From assembly GCA_965215265.1 (NCBI GenBank), contig OZ244048.1, positions 3,648,001 to 3,712,000 on the forward strand: a DNA stretch of 64,000 nt, read 5' to 3'. This stretch comes from Candidatus Poribacteria bacterium. GTDB lineage: Bacteria; Poribacteria; WGA-4E; WGA-3G. This document shows positions 19,065 to 28,200 of the stretch, one piece after another. Position 1 is the stretch's first letter; each line of letters opens with the position of its first letter. Position numbers and translations under genes: made by a program. The notes beneath the pieces are model-generated. The model saw only the letters and a program-made list of their open reading frames with translations. It ran no database searches and was not told where the DNA came from.

Positions 19065-19718
19065 ATGAAAAACGATTCGCTTGCATCTTATGAACGAGAG
19101 ATTCCGCTTTTTCCCTTGCAGGTTGTTTTGTTCCCTGGTGGCATTTTACCGCTTCATATTTTTGAGCAGCGGTATCGCGAGATGATTAAATTCTGTTTGG
19201 AACATGAATCTGAGTTCGGTGTCATTTTAATAAAAGAGGGGGCGGAGGTCGACGAGCCGGTGACACCGTATAAAGTTGGCACAGCCGTTCGGATACGGGA
19301 TGTTGAACATTTACCCGATGGTCGTATGAACATCATGACATCAGGAGAATATCGGTTTGAGATTCTTGAGGCGCTAGAACATCAACCGTATTTAGTTGGT
19401 AGAGTGCAGTTATTAGATAGCTTAACTTCGGAAGTGGACCCGGCGCTAGCAGCAATTGCTGCAGAAATTGAAGATTTGTATGAAGCGTATGAGTTGTTAT
19501 CAAGCCGGTTAATTTTTGGATGGCACTCACCAGAGGAAAATCCGGTTCATCCACGGGAACTTGCCTATCAGATTGCGACACGGCTGCGCATCTCGCTTGA
19601 AGAAAAACAGGGACTCTTAGAAACGGTTCCGTTGACAGAGCTCCTGACGCGCGAAATCGAAATCCTGAAAAAGGAGAATCGCCGCATCTCGTTTCGCTTG
19701 ATGGCACGAAATAATTGA
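19065..19718 (+). CDS. Stand-alone Lon protease substrate-binding (LON N-terminal) domain protein
   Basis: IPLFPLQVVLFPGGILPLHIFEQRY, EKQGLLE; start reassigned to MKNDS. Confidence 0.9.
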   Translation: MKNDSLASYEREIPLFPLQVVLFPGGILPLHIFEQRYREMIKFCLEHESEFGVILIKEGAEVDEPVTPYKVGTAVRIRDVEHLPDGRMNIMTSGEYRFEILEALEHQPYLVGRVQLLDSLTSEVDPALAAIAAEIEDLYEAYELLSSRLIFGWHSPEENPVHPRELAYQIATRLRISLEEKQGLLETVPLTELLTREIEILKKENRRISFRLMARNN

Positions 19719-19784
19719 ATTGATGCCGCTTTTTGCAAACGCGTTTCCAAGCCATCTAAGAGACTTTTTGGCTAATATATTATT

Positions 19785-20429
19785 ATGTCACTAAAGGCTC
19801 CTATTCACCAGTTTACCGAAACCCGGGTCATCCGAATTGCACCCCGAGATTTCTTCTACATCAGTAATCTGCTATCAACGCTCAGGTTACTCATGGTGCC
19901 CTTTATCTTTTATTTTATTTACCAGGCACAGTGGAAGATCGCATCGGTTTGGGGCCTGGCCGCGATTATTACTGACCTGCTTGACGGGTTTTTCGCACGG
20001 CGGTTGAATCAACACACACAACTCGGATACATTTTGGATCCAGTTGCCGACAAAACCGCTATCGCTGCGGGCGTTTTTGCGTTAGTTTTATCAAAATCCA
20101 CATTTCCAGCGTGGGCACTTGTCGTTGTTGCTATACGCGATATCGCCATCGTGCTCGGCAATGTTATTCTGGCGTATAAGGCGAAAATGATTACTCGCTC
20201 TAATTTTTGGGGAAAATGCACGAGCTTGACTTTGTCAATCACGTTAATGCTCTATCTCCTCCGCCCAATAGTACTGCAGTTACCGGAGAATATTGAGTTT
20301 TATAGTCTCTGTGTCGCTTTGGTATTTGTTGTGATATCGACGGTGAGTTATGCACGCAACATGTTCCGTGAGTTAGAAACGCATCGTCGCATCCCTTCTG
20401 GAGATAAAACAGCATCACTAAAACAGTGA
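19785..20429 (+). CDS. CDP-alcohol phosphatidyltransferase (PgsA/Cls-like)
   Basis: NLLSTLR and TDLLDGFFARRLNQHTQLGYILDPVADK signature; several TM helices. Confidence 0.9.
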   Translation: MSLKAPIHQFTETRVIRIAPRDFFYISNLLSTLRLLMVPFIFYFIYQAQWKIASVWGLAAIITDLLDGFFARRLNQHTQLGYILDPVADKTAIAAGVFALVLSKSTFPAWALVVVAIRDIAIVLGNVILAYKAKMITRSNFWGKCTSLTLSITLMLYLLRPIVLQLPENIEFYSLCVALVFVVISTVSYARNMFRELETHRRIPSGDKTASLKQ

Positions 20430-20511
20430 GATGGGCACCGGCACTCGCTTGCATAGTCGCCTTATCGATGTCAGTGTAGATGGCTGGTAACAAAATTAGG
20501 AATATTCGAGA

Positions 20512-21006
20512 ATGCACCTTTATATGGAACCCGACGATGTCGCCAAAACTATTGGTGTTGAGGCACAAATCGTCAAAAGCACCTTAGAACGTAGAGATAC
20601 CGATATTGAACCGTATCTGCATGTCGTAAGTGGACAACCCGAAGATGGTAGTGACACCCTGAGTACACAGCTTCAAATACGGGTAGATGGGCTCGCGCCA
20701 CTGATAAAAAAACTTAGTTACAATATTCCGACAGATGAAATCATTGAGAATCTCATCTGTCAAATTGTACATCTTACGTATCTACAAGAAGCGAACGAAG
20801 AATTGGAAAACCAAAATCAAGAATTGATTCACGAAAACCAGCAGCTCAAGCAAACAGTCGCATCACTTGACAAAGAGAATCGCGATTTGCAGGAACAAGT
20901 CGACGAAAATCATGAGTTGCATATGCAAGTTGACAATTTAACAACCCAATTGCAAGAGAAAGCCACTAAAACTTGGGTAAATCGCTGGTTCTCAGGGAAG
21001 GAGTGA
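20512..21006 (+). CDS. Hypothetical protein with possible N-terminal HTH, coiled coil and amphipathic C-terminus
   Basis: YMEPDDVAKTIGV N-terminus, heptad-rich ENQNQELIHENQQLK region, terminal TWVNRWF. Confidence 0.7.
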   Translation: MHLYMEPDDVAKTIGVEAQIVKSTLERRDTDIEPYLHVVSGQPEDGSDTLSTQLQIRVDGLAPLIKKLSYNIPTDEIIENLICQIVHLTYLQEANEELENQNQELIHENQQLKQTVASLDKENRDLQEQVDENHELHMQVDNLTTQLQEKATKTWVNRWFSGKE

Positions 21007-21056
21007 ACAAACGTGGCAGAAGGGTGTGCCAACACACAAGTGCCCTAATTTGAAAA

Positions 21057-21659
21057 ATGGCTATAACAAAACGAAAAGGGGAAGAACTTCAACTGGTTGC
21101 AATTGAACTCTGCGTGCTCGGAATTCTCTTGCTTTATTTACCCGTAGCTGAGACCCTGCTTAAAGGGATTGCCCTTGTGCTGCTCAGCATCTCTGCTATC
21201 TTAGCCGGTGTGTCTTCCGAAAATAAAAGACTGATTGAAATGATTGCTATCCTCGGCTTACTAGTTGGGTTTTCGTTTCTCTATCTCCCCCCGTTAGCAT
21301 CTGTCCGGGGTTCTGCTTTTCATCTGCTGTTTGCGAGTGCGATTGCGTTTGGAATGACAACCTCCGCCAAGCGATTCGCAACGGTGGCATCTGCCGTGTG
21401 CGTGCTTCTCGGTATAGGGTTCCTCTATCAACCTTTCTTACCAAGACTCGGTGGCAGTTCTCTCCACCTGTTACTGCCAGGCATAACGGTTTTATCTACT
21501 GTTTCTACCCCGACGGTGTTCAGCGAACGCATTTCCATCGGTTTAATTGCGTTCGGTCTGATTTCACTTTGTCAGCCATGGCTCATACTATTTTATCATA
21601 CCGGGTTCCAGCTGCTGCTCGCTGGCTTGACCGGATTCATTGTCGTGGCACATCGCTAA
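21057..21659 (+). CDS. Hypothetical polytopic membrane protein
   Basis: About seven hydrophobic segments with repeated LYLP/LYQP/LCQP motifs. Confidence 0.75.
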   Translation: MAITKRKGEELQLVAIELCVLGILLLYLPVAETLLKGIALVLLSISAILAGVSSENKRLIEMIAILGLLVGFSFLYLPPLASVRGSAFHLLFASAIAFGMTTSAKRFATVASAVCVLLGIGFLYQPFLPRLGGSSLHLLLPGITVLSTVSTPTVFSERISIGLIAFGLISLCQPWLILFYHTGFQLLLAGLTGFIVVAHR

Positions 21660-21711
21660 TTGTTACCATCCCAAATTAACTTGATGGGTATCAGTTTGTA
21701 ACAGGAGTTTT

Positions 21712-22836
21712 ATGGCTTCCTCCAAAACTGTTCGCGTTGTAATAGTCGGTGCTGGTATCATCGGGGCATCAATAGCCTATCAGCTTTCACGAAGAACGGA
21801 CATTGCCTTAACCGTTCTTGAACGGAATGTGCCGTGTGCAGGAGCATCTGGACATTCTTTCGCATGGGCGAACGCCTTTGGAAAAGCCCCGGAGCATTAC
21901 CATTCTCTCAATCGCCGTTCTTTGGATATGTGGTATCGGTTCGCGTATCAACTCAATGAAGATATTGGATTGCATTATGGAGGGGAGATGCGGTGGGAAA
22001 ACCGGAAAGAGCCGGCAGAGCAATTACAAGAACGTATCCGACAACTTCAGAATTGGGGTTATCCCTGTCGACTCTTGACTCATGAGGAATTCGCAGAACT
22101 TGAGCCCGACCTCTGCACTGGCAATGTTTTAGCAGCCTCACTCTCCGAAGCGGATATCCACGTTGAAACCGACAAATGCATTGATATCTGCCTCCGGCGT
22201 GCTCGCACATCAGGCGCAGTTGTGCATCCGTATACCACCGTCACAGGGTTCGTCATCCATAGAGACCGAATCGCCGCTATCAAGGCAGGTGATGCTGAAT
22301 TCCCGTGTGATGTGGCTGTCTTAGCGAGCGGTGTCCAGACAACCGAACTGGCAGAACTCGCACGAGTGACTATCCCACAACAACAGAGTCCGGGTATCGT
22401 TATTAAGACAACGTCCTGTCCCAAGGTGCTACAAAACGTTGCTGTTATTCATGCCCCGCCAATAGATGCAAACCGTCAGCATCTTCATCTTCGGCAGCTC
22501 GCTGATGGGAGCCTCCGAATCGGTCAAGGCACACAAGAGGGCATAAACAGTGATGCTTCACAACAGCATGCCGATGAACTGCTCGCTCGCGCTAAAGCCT
22601 ACTTACCCGCCATAGTTGACGCACAGGCAATCCCTACCCCGGTCGGCTATCGCCCAATGCCACTTGATGGATTTCCGGTACTTGGATTTACATCAACCGT
22701 GCCGAATCTGTATATTGCCCTCATGCACAGCGGCGTAACGCTGGCACCTTTAGTCAGCGAAATGGCAGCTTTAGAAATTGTTGACGGTGCACGCGTGGAA
22801 CTGTTCGCCCCCTATCGAATAGAAAGATTTCTGTAG
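21712..22836 (+). CDS. FAD-dependent oxidoreductase (DAO/glycine oxidase family)
   Basis: VVIVGAGIIG, GASGHSFAW, GYRPMPLDG, HSGVTLAP; AGGAG RBS. Confidence 0.9.
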   Translation: MASSKTVRVVIVGAGIIGASIAYQLSRRTDIALTVLERNVPCAGASGHSFAWANAFGKAPEHYHSLNRRSLDMWYRFAYQLNEDIGLHYGGEMRWENRKEPAEQLQERIRQLQNWGYPCRLLTHEEFAELEPDLCTGNVLAASLSEADIHVETDKCIDICLRRARTSGAVVHPYTTVTGFVIHRDRIAAIKAGDAEFPCDVAVLASGVQTTELAELARVTIPQQQSPGIVIKTTSCPKVLQNVAVIHAPPIDANRQHLHLRQLADGSLRIGQGTQEGINSDASQQHADELLARAKAYLPAIVDAQAIPTPVGYRPMPLDGFPVLGFTSTVPNLYIALMHSGVTLAPLVSEMAALEIVDGARVELFAPYRIERFL

Positions 22837-22913
22837 GAACAATTTGCCTGACTTTTAAAGCAATTAATGCAAGATAGGCTCACTGACGACTGTAACTAAA
22901 CGTTTCGACACCG

Positions 22914-22942
22914 TTGACTCATTTTTTGCCATCGTGTATACT
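22914..22942 (+). promoter_or_regulatory. Sigma70-type promoter
   Basis: TTGACT-17 bp-TATACT, 33 bp before ATG 22976. Confidence 0.7.
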
Positions 22943-22975
22943 ATACATAAACCTAAACTGACTAAATAGAACCCT

Positions 22976-23974
22976 ATGAAAAATGAATTGAAACCCGCTA
23001 TCCGCTGGGGTGTAATCAGCACTGCGAATATTGCCACGAAGGTTGCTCGCGCAATTCACCTTGCTCGGAATGCTGACTTAATTGCGATTGCCAGTCGCAC
23101 CGCAGAACGCGCCACAACGTGGGCTGAGCAACATAACGTTCCAACCGCTTACGGCACCTACGATGCCCTCCTCGATGACGAGTCTATTGATGCCATCTAT
23201 ATCCCGCTGCCGCCATCACTCCACGCGGAATGGACAATCAAAGCCGCGGAGCACGGCAAGCATGTCCTCTGTGAGAAGCCGCTCTCTGCAAACGCCAGCG
23301 AGGCTGTTGCGATGGCAGATGCGTGCCGCCAAAATGGTGTGCAACTCATGGACGGTGTCATGTGGGTGCACCACGAACGCACCGCAGCGATGAAGCAGAA
23401 ACTCACTGATGGCAGCTTAGGACAACTCCGCCGGATCACAGCCGCTTTTACCTTCAATTGGGATACGATTCCGGCGGGCAACATCCGGGCAATGAAAGAA
23501 TTTGCAGGCGGATGTCTTGGCGATTTGGGGTACTACTGTGTACGCGCGATGCTCTGGGCGTTTGAGACGATGCCGACACAGGTTTTCGCCACGGCACGGT
23601 ATAAAGTCGGTGTCGAATTCAATCTTGCAGGCATCCTCTGGTTTGACCATGAACGTATCGCCACGTTTGATTGCGGGTTTGATACTGGGCTCCGTAAATG
23701 GTTTGAGGTTGCCGGTACGCGTGCTTCTCTCGTTTGTGATGATTTCACGGTGCCGACATCTGAAGAATCTGCCCGATTCTGGATCCACGGCACTGAGAAT
23801 AAGAGACACGAAACCGGCAGATACATTCAGGAAGTTACTATGATTGAGCGGTTCTCGCAAATCGTTCAAACTGGAAAACTTGATGAACACTGGCCGGATG
23901 TTGCTGTTAATACGATGCAGCTCTGCGATGCGCTGCTTGAATCCGCTCGGCGACGTGAAGTTGTCACCTTGTAA
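22976..23974 (+). CDS. Gfo/Idh/MocA family oxidoreductase (D-xylose/dihydrodiol dehydrogenase-like)
   Basis: RWGVISTANIA, DAIYIPLP, GKHVLCEKPL, GGCLGDLGYY. Confidence 0.92.
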   Translation: MKNELKPAIRWGVISTANIATKVARAIHLARNADLIAIASRTAERATTWAEQHNVPTAYGTYDALLDDESIDAIYIPLPPSLHAEWTIKAAEHGKHVLCEKPLSANASEAVAMADACRQNGVQLMDGVMWVHHERTAAMKQKLTDGSLGQLRRITAAFTFNWDTIPAGNIRAMKEFAGGCLGDLGYYCVRAMLWAFETMPTQVFATARYKVGVEFNLAGILWFDHERIATFDCGFDTGLRKWFEVAGTRASLVCDDFTVPTSEESARFWIHGTENKRHETGRYIQEVTMIERFSQIVQTGKLDEHWPDVAVNTMQLCDALLESARRREVVTL

Positions 23975-24023
23975 AGGGTAGTACCTGCTTCGTTAATTTT
24001 GTAAGCGCCCGAGGAGACACAGT

Positions 24024-25211
24024 ATGAAAATTACGAACATTGAGACTTTTATTGTCGATGCCGGTTGGAGGCCCTGGACGTTTGTCAAAGTCGAAACCGA
24101 TCAGGACGTTACCGGCTACGGTGAATGCAGCGATGGCAGAAATCCAAACGGTGTAACTGGCACTATCAAAGACCTCACCCCACTGCTAATTGGACGGGAT
24201 CCGCGCACTTATGAGATGCGATTTTGGGATATGATTCGCGGCTCCCGGCAAAGCCCTGGCGGCATCGCTGCGAAGGCTATCGCTGGTATCGAATGTGCCT
24301 TAGTGGATATCAAAGCAAAGGCTTTGGGGCTCTCTGTTGTTGAACTGTTTGGCGGTCCCACCCGTGATAACGTGCGTGTCTACTGGTCGCACTGCGGAAC
24401 CTCCCGAGCAAGTAATTTTGAACTACTTGGTGTTCCGCCCTTAAAAACGATGGATGATATTGCAGCATTAGGATGCGAGGTCGTTGAGAAAGGCTTCACT
24501 GCTCTTAAAACTAATATCGTTATCCCCGGTGAACCTGCCTCCGTCTATTTTACAGGTTTTGGCGGCGGTAACGGCACCACCGATGGCAACGTGACACCGC
24601 AGCTCGTGCGACATATTGTAACCTTGATTGGCACATTCCGGGATGCAGTTGGTCCAGATGTTGGTATCAACCTAGATCTCAACTTCAATTTCAAGCCTGA
24701 GGCGTGTATGCGTATTGCAAAGGCATTGGAGCCGTTTGACATGCTGTGGCTTGAAATTGATATGTATGACCATGAGGCTATCAGGCAAATCAAGGATTCC
24801 ACGACGACAAAGATATGCACCGGCGAAAACCTCTATTATATGCGTGAGTACCTCCCTTATTTTCAAGTGCGCGCCGCGGATGTCTTTATGATAGACGTAC
24901 CGTGGAATGGATTCTCTCCATCAAAAAAGATTGGGGATCTGGCAAACGTCTATCAACTTAACGTCGCGCCGCACAACTATTACAGTCATCTTGCCACCTA
25001 CATGAGTGCAAGTTTGTGTGCGGTGCTACCCAACGTGCGGATTATGGAGATTGACATCGACGATGTCCCGTGGAAAGATGATTTGACAACTCACACACCG
25101 GAAATCGTCGACGGATTTATGAAAATCCCGACCGGACCAGGTTGGGGTACCGAACTCAATGAGGAAGCTGTCAAAGCGCATCTGTGGGATAACCGTAAAG
25201 CGAATTGGTAA
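24024..25211 (+). CDS. Mandelate racemase/muconate lactonizing enzyme family protein (galactonate dehydratase-like)
   Basis: GFTALKTN (KxN), LDLNFN, WLEID, CTGEN, VAPHN, PTGPGWG. Confidence 0.9.
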   Translation: MKITNIETFIVDAGWRPWTFVKVETDQDVTGYGECSDGRNPNGVTGTIKDLTPLLIGRDPRTYEMRFWDMIRGSRQSPGGIAAKAIAGIECALVDIKAKALGLSVVELFGGPTRDNVRVYWSHCGTSRASNFELLGVPPLKTMDDIAALGCEVVEKGFTALKTNIVIPGEPASVYFTGFGGGNGTTDGNVTPQLVRHIVTLIGTFRDAVGPDVGINLDLNFNFKPEACMRIAKALEPFDMLWLEIDMYDHEAIRQIKDSTTTKICTGENLYYMREYLPYFQVRAADVFMIDVPWNGFSPSKKIGDLANVYQLNVAPHNYYSHLATYMSASLCAVLPNVRIMEIDIDDVPWKDDLTTHTPEIVDGFMKIPTGPGWGTELNEEAVKAHLWDNRKANW

Positions 25212-25265
25212 TAAGTTCTCGGAACCAATATTGGAACCGTAAGAAAGACGTTAGGATTAAGTTAA

Positions 25266-28200
25266 ATGCAAAATGGAATTGAAAAACAGTTGCAAGGGGC
25301 ACGTGAACGCCTCCTTGATTTGACGCTGCACAACCGCCTCCTGAATTTCCGACCGACACAGCGCAGAACTATCAAGGTGATTGACGAAATCCCAAATGAG
25401 GTCTTTGACATCCTGGTGCTGCATGAACGCGTGATGCAGTTTAAACCTTCTGAACAACCTGCGGAAGACACCGAGTCACTTTTTGCTGATGAGGATATTG
25501 CAGCGTTGCCGTGGTGGGATGCTACTGAGCCAGAGCAACATCACATCGACCGGCTTTTACAGACGGAGTTGACAAAAGAAGAACTTCAGAAGCGATTGTA
25601 TTACATCTATCAGCAAGCGCGCTCCGTTTTTGAAGAACAAGGCTATTCTGTTCTGTATCTCGCCCTTGGCTACCTTGAGTGGACTGAAGATGCCAACGCG
25701 GAACAAACCAATTCTGCCCCGTTAATTCTAATTCCGGTTGAGTTAGAACGTCAAAAAGTCCGTACTCGATTCAGCCTCCGTTGGAGCGGGGCAGAACTTT
25801 TTCCAAACCTTTCTCTTCAGGCAAAACTCTCAGAGCTCAGCGTCGAACTTCCGATATTGGAAACCCCTGAGGACAAAACTGAGCTCGATGCCTATTTTCA
25901 GAAGGTGGGTGAGGCAGTCTCCGAACACGAAAATTGGCGTGTCGTACCACACATCTACCTCGATTTTTTCAGTTTTACCAAATTTGTGATGTATAAAGAT
26001 TTGGAACCGGAGGCATGGACAGTTGACAGTCACCCGCTGCTCGGAACTATTTTAGGACAGACAGCAGGTAACTCCGGTGCAGGTGATGGTTTTAAACCAG
26101 AAGAGGTCGACCTGGGGTTACCGAGTCAGAACGTCTATCATGTTATGGATGCAGATTCATCACAGATTGCAGTTATTGAAGATATTAAAAGCGGCAAGAA
26201 CTTAGTAGTCGAGGGCCCGCCTGGGACCGGCAAATCCCAAACCATTACGAATATTATCGCTGAACTTCTCGCCGCCGGGAAAAACGTCCTTTTTGTCAGC
26301 GAAAAAATGGCTGCGCTTGAAGTCGTGAAAAGCCGGCTTGACAAGGTTGGCCTCGGTGATTTCTGCTTGGAACTGCATAGCCATAAATCTAATAAACGCG
26401 AGGTGCTGAATGAACTCCAACGAACACTTTCTGTACAGCCACTACAAGAAATGCCCCAGGAAGATGTCTTTGCTCAAATAGATAACAAAAAAGCAGAGTT
26501 AAACGCGTATGTTAGCGCTATCCAGGAACCGATCGGCGTAACACAGAAGTCACCGTTTACGTTGTTCGGTATTCGTGAAGCTGCTCACCGGCATTTTGAA
26601 AAAGCAGAGAAGCAGATGCTGCACATTACCTTTGAAACAGACCCAACGACGTGCACGCCTGCTGATTGGCAAACCGCAGTGCAACGTTTAGAAAACCTTG
26701 CTGTTATTCTACCTCGTGTTATGCCACTTGGTGAGCATCCGTGGCGAGGTTGTAAGCCTGGTACCATAACACCACTTGTTGAAAGAGAAATTAACACCCT
26801 TATTGAAGCATGCAAAACTGCTTTAAATACTTTGGAAGTAGAAATTGATTCATTGACTGAGCTGTGTGGGATTTGCAGCCCGGCTACATTGGAAGATTTA
26901 TCCAATGCCTTGCAAGCTGCAGATGTGATGGCACAGGCACGCCCTGTTGAACTGCAGGTTTTAACCAACGAGGCATGGAATACGTCTAATGACGATGCAC
27001 AGAGACTCATCCAGACAGTTGAAGCAGGAAAGAAGGCACTTAAGTCCGCACGGGAAAAGTTTACCGAGGCTGCATTAAAACAGGACATTGCGGCGTTGCT
27101 CGACGAGTATAAGCAGTTATCGGGGAAGTTTTTTCTGTTGAGGATGCTGAACAGCCGCTACCGTTCTATCAGTCGTGAATTTCGTAACTGCTACCTCAAA
27201 ACCGCAACATCTCGAAACCCCACACAGATTAGCGCTGACTTCTCGAAATTAGCCAACTGTATTGACTTACAACAGAAAATAAAAAGACAAGAACAGACGG
27301 GACGCTCACTCTTTGGCAGTGAGTGGCGCGGTGAGGAGAGTGACCTGGAGCGGTTAACAGAGTTTTCGGAATGGATTGTAAAGTTCCGGCAGCAGCTACT
27401 TTCGGGCGTTTTTACCGAACGTGCTGTGGAAATAGCTAGCACAGGTATTTCCGAAGAACAGGTGCAAGTGCACATCAAAGCACTGCAAACTGCCCTCAAC
27501 GATTTTGTAACACAACGCGATGCGCTCCTCAACCTTCTCGGTACTGATATTCACACGTTATTCGGCATAGAGGCTGAGAAACTAACTTTCACCGAGTTGC
27601 GGGCACGCCTGGAGGAGTGGCAGGAAAAACGTGACGCGCTCCACTATTGGGCGCAATTTGTGACGCGACGTGATGTGTGCCGAGATAGCACGGCATCGTC
27701 GCTGCTTGAACGTATTGCGGAGATCGCACCAGAAGACTTAGTGCAATGTTTTGAAGGCAATCTCGCGGATGCGCTCCTTCACAATGCGTTTCTTGAACGC
27801 TCAGCACTCGGTAATTTTGTCCAAGACTCGCATGAAAAGAAAATAGAAGATTTCTACAAACTGGACAGTGAATGCATTAAACTGAATCAGCAGCGGCTCG
27901 CCTATGAACTGTATCAGAGCCAGCCGCGCCTCATGAATGGCGCATCCCCGGACTCCGAAATCGGCATTCTACAAGGCCAATTCAATCGAAAGCGCGGGCA
28001 CCTACCGATTCGCAAACTGTTGTCAGTTGCCGGCAGCTTAATTCAGAAGATTAAACCGTGCTTTATGATGAGCCCTCTTTCCGTTGCGCAATTTTGTGAC
28101 CCGGCCATCGTAAATTTTGATGTTATTGTATTTGATGAGGCAAGCCAAATCCGTCCAGAGGATGCCCTCGGCACATTGCTGCGCGGGAAGCAAGCCGTCG

